Shown here piece by piece: positions 47,146-59,869 of a stretch of 64,000 nt of DNA. The notes under the pieces are model-generated. The model was not told the origin of the DNA. It saw only the letters and a program-made list of their open reading frames with translations, and did no database searches. Each line of letters starts with the position of its first letter. Position 1 is the stretch's first letter. A program made the translations under genes and the position numbers. The stretch covers positions 24,594,541 to 24,658,540 of the forward strand of contig NC_068996.1 of assembly GCF_001194135.2 (NCBI RefSeq), given 5' to 3'. This stretch comes from Octopus bimaculoides (Eukaryota).

Positions 47146-48613
47146 TGAGGGTGGGTGGAAAAGTTCATATGCTGACAATGAAGGAGTGACGCTAAAGCTG
47201 TGACATCTTGTATGAATTTCAACTCTTCTAATTAATAACTGCATCGCTTTTTTCCAGGTAAACTGACATCTGACTGGGATCTTTTTTAAAACGGGGGCCA
47301 CATTTTTCATTAATGTTTTACGTAGTGTTTTTGGTACCGAAAGACTTTCAAACTTCGTATACTTATCTATTTTGTGTTATAGAACAGAAAAATATTTTTG
47401 TATTCGAATTTATTTCATGTAAAAAATTGTCTTATTTCGATAATTTCAACCAATCACTGACGTCCATTCAGCCGATATACATTAAGTGCCGACTACATAA
47501 ACAAACGATTCTTCGTTTTATTTGCTTTTTTCATTTTAAATTTGCTTTAACCCTAACCCTAACCCTAGGGTTAGGGTTAGGGTTAATTGTTTCAGAATCG
47601 TTTGTTTATGTAGTCGGCACTTAATGTATATCGGCTGCATGGACGTCAGTGATTGGTTGAAATTACAGAAATACGACAACTTTAACATGGAATAATTTAT
47701 GGATTTCTTTTTTTTTTTAAGAAGACTAAGAGAAAAAGATGTTTTATATGACACATTCTACCAGTGTTCCAAGTTTCAAAGTGTTTCGTTAATGAAAAAT
47801 GTGGCCCCCGTTTTAAAAAAGATCCTCTGACTGTTCAAAGAAGACTTCAAAAGTAACTAGTAACAACTTATCTAAAAGTAGACAAAATTTGGCATTTTGG
47901 TGATAAGTACCTGCAGAAAAAGTGTTTAGTTCCCAAGGACATTATGCTGATATGGTTGCTACAGTAGATGTTAATCCAGCTTTATCAACAATGCAAAAGT
48001 GGGCAGCTAAATTTATGAGGGAAAGGGAGAGTCTTGATGATGACCCAAGGTTTGAACTTCCTGCAATTACCACCACTGATTGTGTTCACCACATGCTGAT
48101 GAATGTCAGGCAACTGACTATAAATCAATTAGCCAATACTATTAGCATATCTTGTGAGAGAGTTGAATATTCTACATAATGAACTTGGCATGACAAAGGT
48201 TTCTGCTTGGTGGCTACCATTACTGGCACCTGATCAAAAACACACCGAATTGATCACCTCATGGAGAAAATCTGATATTGTTTGAGGTGAATCCATCTTT
48301 GGTTCCAATGACTGCTGTGTATGACTGTGACTTTGAACTGGTTGATCACCATCCCTATTCTCCCGATTCTCCATGTGACTATCACCTGTTTCCCAACATG
48401 AAAAACACTTGGCTGGGAAGCAATGATGATAATGTCATATCTGCTGTTTCAACAGGATGAAAGCTTCTTCACCAATGGGATCCAAGCATTGCAACACCAA
48501 TGGAAGAAGTATGTGGAATGCAAGAGAGGAACTATGTTTAAAAATAAACCTCATTTGGTCATATTCCATGAGAATATCTTGGTCAGCATATGAACTTTTC
48601 AGCTGACCTTCAT
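47146..48613 (+). mobile_element. Mariner DNA transposon relic (internally deleted) carrying a nested MITE
   Basis: TIRs GAAAAGTTCATATGCTGAC at both ends, left TA; KWAAKF..ESLDDDPR, LHNELGMTKVSAWW, HPYSPDSPCDYHLFPNMK. Confidence 0.88.
47277..47825. mobile_element. 549-bp MITE with 37-bp TIRs and 8-bp TSD (TCTGACTG), Merlin-like
   Basis: GGATCTTTTTTAAAACGGGGGCCACATTTTTCATTAA and its exact reverse complement; TSD at 47269-47276 and 47826-47833. Superfamily assignment is inference. Confidence 0.9.
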
Positions 48614-49092
48614 GGATTAGTAAACAATATACCTCATTACCAAACACTGATGTTGATTCAGCTCAATCCCATTCCCCAGTATCAGCAAACAAGATATTTA
48701 ATCCCACATTACTTCTGGCTGAACAGCACAAAAAAATAGCAGGCTTTTCTAACAAAGTTTTTACTGTCAAACTAATGTGGAAATTCAAGTTGAGAATTCT
48801 GCTCCATTCTATGATTAAAACCAAAGTTAAACACATGATAACTAAAAACTGTGTGACATTCACTAAGAGATTAACTTTTCATTTCAATTCATCAACAAGT
48901 TTTACAAATAGCACAGCTATTATCATCATTTTAACATCTACTTTTCTCCTCTTGAATGGATCAGACAAAATTTGCATATCGCCAACCTCTTCACCTATTT
49001 CCTTCCAAGCAGCCTAATATTTTCCTATGGCAATGATTTCACAGAAGACTGGAAATGTAGATCATTTGTACAACGGTGACATTCATTTACAA

Positions 49093-49384
49093 TAGGAATT
49101 CTCAACCCTTTTTTTTTTTATCTGTAGACCTCTCTGATTACTGTTTTAATCTGGTGGACCCCTATAGTCTTTTATGTTTAAAAACTAGTTTTATAGACTC
49201 TTCTTTCGAAATTTCTATTTTGTTTGCCACACATTAACTTGTGCAGGTTGAACTATGTAAAATATTAGAGAAAGAAACCTAGCTGTTTGTTGCAACACAT
49301 ACCAATACATACAGGACCTTCAAAATTCTATTGTGGATCCCCAATTTACTATTTTGTTATGTGGACCCCAGCTGAGAAACACTG
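49093..49384. mobile_element. hAT/Charlie-type MITE
   Basis: 8-bp TSD ATTTACAA at 49085-49092 and 49385-49392; degenerate CAGTGGTTCTCAACC-type TIRs. Confidence 0.8.
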
Positions 49385-50271
49385 ATTTACAACTAACGCA
49401 TTATGCCAAAACAACAACAACACACACACACAATCACACAACAGACTTCTTTCAGTTTTGGCCTATAGCTATAACAGAGATACTTACTGAAAATGCTACA
49501 GAATGGGAATGGACCTGAAACTAAGTGGTTAAGGAGCAAACTTCTTAACCGCATGACCATGCTTGCACTTTTATGTGCATGTGTGTACATATGGATGTAT
49601 TGGAACACTAACTGAAAAAAAAACACACTGCAAGTATAGAATTAGATATATTTTTAATAATTCTGTTGACAAATGACATCAAAACTGCACCAGAAGTTTG
49701 TTTCTCCAGACCATTTGACAAGGCCAGTAGAATTAAACAAGTGTACACTTACATATAACATTGAGTACTCTGTTTTCAGTAAGAAGGGCAGGATATGTTT
49801 CACTACATGTTCATGTACCCTGTTAAATACTTGATTTATATACCCTCATCAAGATTTTAATTTGTATATAATATTGAGCCCTTTCTGCACAATGAAAAGA
49901 ATAGCAAAAGAAATGTGATAATTTTGGTCACTTCCCACATCATGGTGACATGTAACTATTTACCAAAACGTACAGCTTTTCCACCTTGTAAATTTCATCT
50001 AGTTACAACATGGACTTTCTTAGATTAGAAGCTTACATTTTTACTAGGCAATATCGGTTCTTTTCTTTGAAAGATGACTGAAACAAGTATAAGACAAAGG
50101 ATCATAATAGGAGAAAATATGGCCCAAATGTATTAGTAGTTGACAGGTTCCTAGAGCTATTGATAAAAGTAAAGCAAGCTTCAGACTACTTTAGCAAGAT
50201 TAGAAGTATGGTGTTCAGTAAACTCTTCATTGTTTTCAATGAAAGATTGGCTGTTTTTCTCTGTAACTACT

Positions 50272-50482
50272 TTTATTCTTTTACTTGTTTCAGTCATTAA
50301 ACTGTGGCCATGCAGGAGCACCACCTTTAGTCGAGCAAATCAACCCCAGGACTTATTCTTTGTAAGCCTAGTACTTACTTTATCAGTCTCTTTTTGTCAA
50401 ACTGCTAAGTTACAGGGACATAAACACACCAACATTGGTTGTCAAGCAATGGTGGGGGGACAAACACAGATACAAATAACAA

Positions 50483-50558
<76 letters not shown>

Positions 50559-50718
50559 CAGGCTTCTTCCAGTTTCCATCTACCAAATCCACTCACAAGG
50601 CTTTGGTTGGTCTAAGGTTATAGTAGAAGACACTTGCCCAAGGTGCCACACAGTGGGACTGAACCTAGAACCGAGTGGTTGGAAACGAAGCTTCTTACCA
50701 CACGGTCATTCCTGCACC
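50272..50718 (-). mobile_element. tRNA-derived SINE family A, near full length, with central (TA)n
   Basis: Head with A/B-box-like GACCGTGTGG / GGTTCAGTCCC; CORE-like GGCACCTTGGGCAAGTGTCTTCT; tail GGCCACAGTTTAATGACTGAAACAAG. Confidence 0.85.
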
Positions 50719-51447
50719 TATAATTATTTCAATAGTTAAGTTTATTGATTAATTTTCAATGTCCTTAATTTTTCTTTATTGTATCCTGGAGCCAAATCAT
50801 TTGAAAAGACTCCTTCACAAGCCAAAGTTAAGATACAAAGACTAACTTCATCCTTAATATTTATGTGGAAACGGAAACAAAATATACACAATACAATCAA
50901 GCATTTTGAAGAGTATCACGTTAACACCAAATTGAAATGAGACCCAACAGATATAATCTATACCCATGTAAACAGAGCTTCATTTGAAATAATCCCCAGG
51001 ACTGACTGCAGCATACATAAGGATTGATATGAACATATTTCATATGCTTGGGGCATCAAAACACCCGTTGAGAACCACTGGTCTAGATGAATGGTGCCCA
51101 CCTTTGCATCTCCACTCCTATCTTGGCAAGAAAAAAAATGACTCACTCCCATGCCCGAAACTTGACAAGTAAAGATCAGCCGACATTAGTCCAATACAAC
51201 CCCAACTAGCTAGTTTACCACTAATTCTCCTTCCACTTCTCAAAATCTGTACACTCCATGCAGACCCCTGCAAAGTTTTCACTCCTTTTCACTACCACAA
51301 TGTCAGTATTTGTACCAGCATTATAGAGAAGCATGAGCCCTAACTTGGAAAGCAATGACTGATTAAAAACTAATAGAGTGTAAAGGGAACACTTTAGTCT
51401 TGGTAACCTATCTAGTGCTGATAGCATATATACATCATAAATTCCAC

Positions 51448-51585
51448 CTGAGTGGTTGGCGTTAGGAAGGGCATCCAGCTGTAGAAACTCTGCCAAATCA
51501 GATTGGAGCCTGGTGTTGCCATCCGGTTTCACCAGTCCTCAGTCTAATCGTCCAACCCATGCTAGCATGGAAAGCGGACGTAAAC

Positions 51586-51620
<35 letters not shown>
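51448..51620 (+). mobile_element. RTE tail fragment with long (GAT)n. Further decayed tails near 17330, 23085, 43430, 45050, 52025, 60345 and 61320.
   Basis: Nearly identical to 37125-37288. Confidence 0.9.
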
Positions 51621-51622
<2 letters not shown>

Positions 51623-53408
51623 ATTATTATTACTGTATTTATCCTACATTATATAAGCACGGCTCACTGCAACCCCAATAAACTGGTGTTGCCAGTTGGC
51701 ATTCATTAAGCTGTAGCTGGCATAATAGGAGCTTTTATATGCATATTCAAAACATTTCCCGTAAACGAACTTAAAGGTGTGTGTGTGTGTGTGTGTGTAT
51801 CAATTAATAGCAAGAGCACAGTATTTGCAACCATAACTAACTAACATGTATATTAAAGGTTTACAAGTCAATAATGTCTTACTTTTTGTATTAGCAGTAT
51901 GATATTCTCACTTCTCTGTTTATCTCTACAGATTTTCTGTAGAATTCAAAACCAGCACTGTAAGTTACAGCATTTCATTTCATATTGCAGTGCTGGCTCT
52001 GAATTCTATAGAAAACCTATAGAGATAAACTTCAAAAATATATCATCATTGTTTAACATCCACTCTCCATGCTGGTATTGGTTGGACAGTTTGACATGAA
52101 GCTGGTTAGCAGGGAGCTGTCCAGGCACCAACTGTTTGTTGTGGCATGGTTTCTACAGCTAGATACCCTTCCTTAACGCCAACCACTTAGCAGAATGTTC
52201 TGGGTGCTTTTTACATGCCACTGGAATGGTTGCGTTTACACTGGCACCTGAAAGGACAAACCTGTATGTGTGGAAGACAGCAATTTTACTTAACTTGACA
52301 TGTCTTATCAAGTACAGCAAATTATCACATTTCCGGGTCCCTTTTCATTTCCTCAGTGACACCCAGCATCCAAAGATCCTTTTTTACACACACACACACC
52401 TCAACTAACACTCGTAGCAAGCACTATGACTAATACCACCACCAGACTGCCAATACTAGAACCACCAACAGTGCAACCTCTACCACATTAACTACAACTT
52501 ATACAGGTGATTATGCTCTGTTATTAGCTTGCATTATTTTATGGAACCTTGTGAGATTTTTAAAAAAGCATTTTCTTAACATCGCATTGCAGTCTTATGT
52601 GCTTAATGTGATTCTCTTCTAAATAGTAGGATACAAGTACATTTTTTTCTTTATGTTGCCCAGTCAACTGTATTTTGTTCCAAGTTTCCACATGAACATT
52701 ATCTATTTTTTCAGATGAGATTTAAGGCAATCTTAATATCTGAACTATTGTTTGTAAAGGAGTCTTTTTTCGGAACATAGCACTCCATTTGGTATATTTC
52801 TACATGAACTATAAGGCCTGACCATCTTAGTCTGTTTTGCTGCAAAAGAGTTTCTAAGCTTACAACATATACCAACTGCAAGACCTCCGCATCATAGATA
52901 TAGTTTCAAGTTAAAGGCAGAATTCTTCTACAAAGAAAACTTTTGCTGAAAACATTCCAACTATAGTTTGTTTTGAATGTAATGTCCATGATTTGCAGTC
53001 ATACAACAAAACACAAAATGCAGGTTTTGAAATAGATATTTTAGTGTCATTCTCTCCATATTATTGAGACCACAGTAAAGATTGTACTTTTACAAAGCTG
53101 AATTCTACTTCTAATTTCCCCATCAAGATGTACAGCCTTTTTTCAAACATTCTGCCAAGATATTTAAAGGAAGGTATGTTTTCCAATGTTTTCCTACATA
53201 TACTTCATACCATAATTTTAAGATCCAGGAAATTGCTGATACAGAATGCAAGATTTACTGAGAGGCTTAATGTTCCATGTTTGAGACCCTTTTCATTGTG
53301 TTCAGCAGTTTCACAATCAAGAAGTTTCTTATCAGAGATACAAAAGTGTCTGATAAAGAGTTAAATTATTTGTGACTGAATATGCCAGCATGTGGTAGCA
53401 TATATGTA

Positions 53409-54258
53409 TGAGGTGGTATCATAAAGTTCCTGGATTAGTTATGTTTAATATAACTTATTTACTTAAGTTTTAACATCATCTCCTTTGGAATAGTTGCCTT
53501 GTACAGCAGTGTTCCTGCCACTTTTGGTATCCATAAGTAAGTCGAGGACCTTTTGCAATTCAGTCTTGATCTGGACAACGGTGTTAAAATGGCAACCTTT
53601 GAACTGCACTTTCATCCTGGGGAAGAGATGAAAGTCCTCAGTTGCTAAATCTGGTGAACAGGGCAGATGTGGAAGCAATACCAAGTTGTTTTTGGTGAGA
53701 AACTCATGAGTGAGGAGAGCTCGGTGACAGGGTGCATTGTCATTGTGAAGAATCCAATTCTTTGTGCTCCACAGATCCGGCCGCTTTCACTGAATCTCCT
53801 CCCTCAAATGCTTCAAAATGTAACAGTAAAACTCTTGATTGACAGTCTGGTTCAAGGGGATGAATTCTCAAATCACAATACAGCAGATGTTAAAAAAACA
53901 ATAAGCATGCTCTTCCTTGAGCTGTGGCACTGTCATGTGCCCATGCCACTCAAAACATTACATACAACCCATTGCCTCATCACCATAAGCTTGTCAAAGT
54001 ATGCTCAATGTCTCTGTAGCAGACTTCTCAAGTTTAATGCAAAATTTCATGTTGGTTCTTTGTTCCAACTTCCTGTGGATAGCAAAAATTGCAGACTACA
54101 AAAACATAAATTTAACAACTTGCAAAGTAAATGCAGCGATGTCACTCAGCACACTGCCTCATGAAGGTCACTGCTAGCTCTCACTTCACACACAAACATG
54201 TGCTGCCATCTGTTGGTGCTCTACAGAACTAGTCTGGGAACTTTTTGATACCACCGTG
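53409..54258 (-). mobile_element. Mariner relic with both TIRs and TA flanks
   Basis: TA-TGAGGTGGTATCATAAAGTTCC / GGAACTTTTTGATACCACCGTG-TA; LPHLPCSPDLATEDFHLFPRMK (YSPDLAPxD motif). Confidence 0.88.
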
Positions 54259-54340
54259 TATATATATATTTAAAAGAAGAAAAAGAGAAAATGGAGATAA
54301 GGAAGTTAATAGTTGTTTATTAACAAATTGGTCATCTTCA

Positions 54341-54436
54341 CTTCTTACAGCCGTTTCAATTAATACTCAATAATTTAATTACAAATTTGTACATTAAACT
54401 TACATATGTGACATGAGTATAATTTCATCAGAGAAA
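54341..54436 (-). ncRNA. Minimal type I hammerhead ribozyme (left arm of foldback)
   Basis: TTTCT-CTGATGA-AATTATACTCA...TGAGTATTAATT-GAAAC-GGCT-GTA-AGAAG. Both core strands are intact, stems I and II pair, stem III is short and near-palindromic, triplet GUA. Activity untested. Confidence 0.75.
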
Positions 54437-54537
54437 AAAAGATGTACCTTTGGATGTTAAATGTGGACCTATCAATTCATTTCAGCAGACTCTGCTGAAA
54501 TGAATTAATAGGTCTACAATCCAACGGTACATCTTTT

Positions 54538-54635
54538 TCTCTCTGATGAAATTATATTCATGTCACACAAATGTAAATTTAATGTGCACATTTGTAATTA
54601 AATTATTGAGTATTAATTGAAACGGCAGTAAGAAG
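54538..54635 (+). ncRNA. Minimal type I hammerhead ribozyme (right arm of foldback)
   Basis: TCTCT-CTGATGA-AATTATATTCA...TGAGTATTAATT-GAAAC-GGCA-GTA-AGAAG. Core intact; one stem I mismatch. Confidence 0.68.
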
Positions 54636-54904
54636 TGAAGATGACCAATTTGTTAATAATAAACAACTATTAACTTCCTTATCTCAATTTTCCTTTTTCC
54701 TTCTTTTAAATGGATATAAACTATATACTTAATATATACCTATTGTTTTATGGGAATTTCATTCCCCGAAATATTAGGTATTAAACCAGTATTTCCTTGG
54801 ATGCAACCCTCCCTTCACAAGGTTATCATATCCTCTAATTATATATATATACTCTCAGAACAAAATTTGAAAGCATTTAAAAAGAAACTATTGTAAAGTA
54901 AAAA

Positions 54905-56200
54905 AAAATTGTTACTGGCACCATACTGTGAAGTATAAGACAAAGTAAGCATGTCACCCTGTTTTACACCACAACTGACTAAAAACAAATCTGAGCATTC
55001 TCCAACTTATAAACATGTTCTCATATTATCATCACATAAAATATCATCAGGAAAGGACATGATATATTTGTAAATTTAACAGAACAGCCAGCTGTTTTGC
55101 TATTCACCCATGACACATCATGATTCACTATATCAAAGGCCTTTGTGAGATTAATGAGGCTTTGACAGAGGCCAAGCCACTTCTGTCCAATGTATTTTTC
55201 TGGTATTTGACAAGCTAAAAATATGTTATGAGCTCCACAAAAGAAAGGGATTTGAGTGCAGAAAAATGGAACTCAAGAAGAAACAAGGTCCGAATGTGTT
55301 GAATAAGCCTATCAAGAATAGTACTACTCAATATTTCTCCAATATCAATTCCATAGGAATTACCACATTTGTCTTTACTAGTTTTTCTTTTGTAAAAAAT
55401 ATTCAACCATTTTCCCACAGATCATATATAAGGTAGTGTAAGAGATACAACAACTTATTTCCACCTAAGCTGAGCATGTCTGCTAGAATTTCATCAATGC
55501 CAGGAGCTTCTCTATTTTTTAGTTTCTATTTTTCATTTCATTGAAAGTAGGGAGATCATCAATTCTTTTATTAGAATTTGGTGGAAATGAGTTCTGCAAA
55601 TAAACTAACCAGTGTGATGAGTGATTAAGCAGGTCATTAAAATACACTTGCCACTGTTGAAGAATCTTACTTGAATCTTTCATTAGTGTTTTGATGTCCT
55701 TAGCCAAAATTAGAATACAGAAAATTAAACAAGAACCATAAATCTGATTTATAAAAAAGTAAAGCTATTTAGTATCTCATTATCTCATTTTGTTATATGC
55801 TTTCTGAAATCATAACCGCATTAAATCTATTCTTATTATTCATACTTCTGATTTCTTTCTGAATGTGTAACATAACAGTTTTAGACTTGAGCCAATAAAT
55901 TTACATGTTGACAGTGTTGTAGTAGAGTTGCAAAGATAATAAGCTTTGTATATACTTATTATTGACAACTCCAATACTTCTGAAATTTGGTAAACCAGAT
56001 TTGTGTAGAGACATAGGAAACCTTAAGACAATGAACGAATTCACTATAAGATACTGGGAGAGACAAGCAGACTCAAGCTCTTTAGCCATAATGAAGGCAG
56101 CTTGACAAGATCACTACAAATAAAAACTTGGTAGATGAACCCAAAACAATCTATCATTTGAAAACATTTGAGCTTCAATTGTGGTGTAAGACATTTTGGT
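54905..56200 (-). mobile_element. Old RTE/BovB-like LINE relic (linker and RT)
   Basis: REAPGIDEILADMLSLGGNKLL; KDKCGNSYGI; LINLTKAFDIVNHD; CGVKQG; heavily frameshifted. Confidence 0.75.
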
Positions 56201-57285
56201 ATTGTGCAAACAACATAATTTTTTTCCTTATCTTAGATCTTATCCATGCACAAGTATTGCTTTTTAACACAATCATTCCATTTAACTGAACTATCATAAA
56301 ATTACCTGATAATTTTTGGATAATATATTCCTATATATATTAAATATTCTTGTACATACTGATATGTTTGAATAACCTTGCATATATTGTGCCTCTTATA
56401 TCATGTTTGGTACAGCAATGGTCCTGAGAAAAGACAGCTTAGTCTAGGCCATCATCAATCAACTGCCAGAAAAGACCTACAAGATTTTCAGTTGATAGTC
56501 GGAATGTAAAAACTTTGTGATAAAGAGGTATCATATCTACTGAAAAACAAAGCTGGGACATTGTTGCTTTATCTGAGAGTTGAGTTTTGCAATTAGGACA
56601 ACATTAAAACTATATCTCACTGAACTGCCATCTGGTGGCCTTATGTCTATGTCTCCATCCTGTGGCTGTTCAGTGACATACAGTAACTATGCAGCAAAAA
56701 TGAATATTTCTGATGAAGAAACATGTTTTAAATGTAAGTAAAAAGTATTATTCATAAAATTCTAGTTGGAGATAAAGCTTTAATTCTTGAGGAGTTCAAT
56801 AAATGAGTTGATGAAAAGTCTGAATTATTTTAGATCATCACAGGAAGAAATTATCAAAGTCAAACTTTAATTTTTTTTTTTTTTTCCTACAAATGAGCAC
56901 ATACTTGAGTTTGACTTTTTGACATGTTCTTTGAACATAAAAACACTAACTAAAGTAACTTGGATAAACCCAGATTCCAAGAAATGGCATAAGACAAATT
57001 ATCTGATGAGAAACAAAGATTTAAATGATGAAAGAGGTGTCCAGGTATTAAAAGGAACAGTGTATTAAACATGGATCTTAATTTTATAGAGACTCAACAT
57101 TTTGTAACAATCTTAATGATGCAAAGTTAAAGGAAAAGTCTTGTCAGGCAAAAGTTAGAGCAAGATTTTAATACATCCTTTAGGAGATTCTACTAAACAG
57201 GATGTCTTAAAAAGAGTGTGCCAAATATTTGTGTGTGTGTGCGCGTGTCGTACGTTGGGCAAGTGACTTCTACAATAGAATAAAT

Positions 57286-58311
57286 CATCATCATTCGCTT
57301 TCCATGCTGGCATGGGTTGGATGGTTTGACTGAGCCAGATGGCTGCACCAGGCTCCAATCTGATCTGGCAGAGTTTCTACAGCTGGATGCCCTTCCTAAC
57401 ACCAACCATTCCGAGAGTGTAGTAGGTGCTTTTAACATGCCAACGGCATGAAAGCCAGTCAGGCAGTACTGGCATCGACCACGCTCTAATGGTGCTTTCT
57501 ATGTGCCACCAGTAAGGGAGCCAGTCAGGCAACACTGGCAATGATCACACTTGGATGGTGCTTTTTACGTGCCACCAGCACGGGAGCCAGTCAGGTGGCA
57601 CTGGCAACGATCATGCTCAAATGGTGCTTTTAACATGCCACTGGCACAGGTGCCATCATGCAGTATTGTCATTGGCCACCACAACAATTTCACTTGCCTC
57701 AACAGGTCTTCGCAAGCATAGTTTATTGCCCAATGATTGAAGGGTACTCTTAAATGGGCTGGTTATACTGCACTGGCATAGGCCACGGTTATGGTCTCAC
57801 TTGGCTTGCCGGGTCTTCTCAAGCACAGTATATCTCCAAAGGTCTTGGTCACTTGTCATTGCCTCGGTGATGCCCAATGTCCAAAGGTCATGCTTCACCA
57901 TCTCATCCCAGGTCTTCTGTAGGTTCCCTCTACTGCTAGGTGTGACACTTTTTCACACAGCTATCCTCATCCATTCGCAACACATGACCATACCAGCACA
58001 GTCTTCTCTCTTGCACATCACATCTGATGCTTCTTAAGTCCAACTTTTCTTTCAGGGCGCTTACACTCTGTCATGTATGCACACTGACATTACACATCCA
58101 ACGGAACATACTGGCTTCATTCCTTGCAAGCTTACACATCTCCTCAGTAGTCACAGCCCATGTTTCACTGCCATGTAGCATAGCTGTTCACATACATGCG
58201 TCATACAGTCTACCTTTTACTCTGAGCGAGAGGTCCTTTGTCACCAGCAGAAGTAGGAGCTCTCTGAACTTTGCCCAGGCTATTCTTATTCTAGCAGCTA
58301 CACTTTCAGAG
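57286..58311 (-). mobile_element. 5'-truncated RTE LINE copy (thumb region plus full 3'UTR)
   Basis: Reverse complement of [18 protein letters not shown] through the 3'UTR modules to the (GAT)n tail. Confidence 0.92.
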
Positions 58312-59869
58312 TATATATGTATATATATATATACACACACACACACATACAGGTGACAGGAAAGACACGCAGGTGATAGAAAATCTACCTCAATAAACTC
58401 TGAGCAATCTGATCATGGAAAAGTAGATGTTAAAATGATAACAATGATGATACATAGATATATGAAGACATATGCCATAAACTGTAGTATACAAGTGGAC
58501 ACAAACACAAAACAGGTTCCACTGCAGTCATTTTAAATGATGTCATAATGATTACTTAGAATGTTGGATCCATGAAAATTAATAAAATAATTTTACAGTT
58601 ACCTGACTAGGAGATGCACTCAAGACTAAAGTGGGCAAAAACACATCCAAATGAAAGCAAAGATGTCAAAGAAACAACAAATGGTTTTCTCATTTTATGG
58701 AAAGGAAAGATCTAGTTTCAATATAGAAGACAAAAATTACAGAAAAGGTTGCAAGACGCAACGAAAATTTTAGGAAAATAAGAATAATAAGTGGAAATTT
58801 TAACGGTGAGTGTGTTAAATTTTAAGGCACGATAAGAAAATGACTTTCGCCAAACACAACAAAAATTACAGAATTTTCCAGAAACCTTGAACAGAAAATT
58901 CCAAATTTCCAGATTGACAGAAGCAATACAACTGCCCTGTGTTAGGTTGATTAATATAGATGAAGCATCTTGTACTTTTCAAATACGTTTAAAATTGTTG
59001 ATACCAAAGATCGAAAAAAAGACTATTCTAAAAGAAAGTTCAGTCATATGTTACTTCACATATGGTACCAAATTAAACTCAATGTTAATTCTAAATGAAA
59101 AACAATGCCATATACAAAATTACTTCCAGCTGTTCATGTTGATGAGAACAGTTTGATTTATGGATTAAAAAAATGTAGAGTAGATAACCATGTGATTTAA
59201 GAGAGAAAAAGAGTTTGCTGATTTGGAGTAAGTTCAAAAACTACTTAACAAAACAATAGCATGTTATTCAGTAATTCCAGAAGGATTAAGGACTAAGCTC
59301 CAGCTTCTTACTGTAAGCCTATTACAAGAACCTTCCAAAGACATTCTTTAGGAGTGGAACAAATAGATGTTTGAAGAAGAAAAGTCATTCACAATAGGTG
59401 GTAAAAGTGTTATGCTTTTATCACTGGATAAGTTGCAAATAAATAAATGGGAAGAAGACAGTTTATTGTGGAAGTATTGCGGGAGAAGGCAGTAAAGATT
59501 CCAAAGAAGTTGGTTCAAGTAATTCAGATCCATAAAAACATTTTCTTTTACACCAGATGGTGTCTGGCATTTACATAAAGGATTTTGAAGGATTGTAAAA
59601 CAACCATACACATTTAAAATTCAATCATACATCATCAATAAAATAAATATAACATAATTAGCCATCAAGGTTTTTTAGGTGCCAATAAAATAACCTTCAA
59701 GCAACATATATTTTAACAGGTGTACTAAAGTGTGCACCTATAATGTCAATGTATCTATATTCAATAAATTGCTACTATTAATCATTAAGCAGCTATTAAT
59801 GCCATAGTCTATATTGTTATCTTTCTCTGTAGATCAGATATATAATACCTGTCCTACCCTATCTTATAT

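Larger units (their letters stand above)
54262..54718. repeat. Long inverted repeat (foldback), ~228-bp arms, 1-nt spacer at 54490; probably Penelope-like terminal-repeat derived
   Basis: Centre TTCAGCAGA-C-TCTGCTGAA; arms are reverse complements at roughly 90% by eye. Confidence 0.92.

Noticed and set aside
47547-47586. Telomere fusion scar
   Set aside because: Polarity is (CCCTAA)n-(TTAGGG)n, opposite to a fusion, and it lies inside a TIR/TSD-bounded MITE
48606-48613. ATGAAG-GT candidate start micro-exon on the minus strand
   Set aside because: It lies in the mariner TIR and the donor GTCAGC is weak
56500-56620. Possible LINE endonuclease relic (NVKTL...WDIVALSE) on the plus strand; similar weak hint near 32440-32660
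   Set aside because: Too short and degenerate to support without a search
56705-56735. CTGATGA-A-GAAAC-ATGT hammerhead-like string (also CTGATGA at 28625 and 57003)
   Set aside because: No stem II and no stem I pairing
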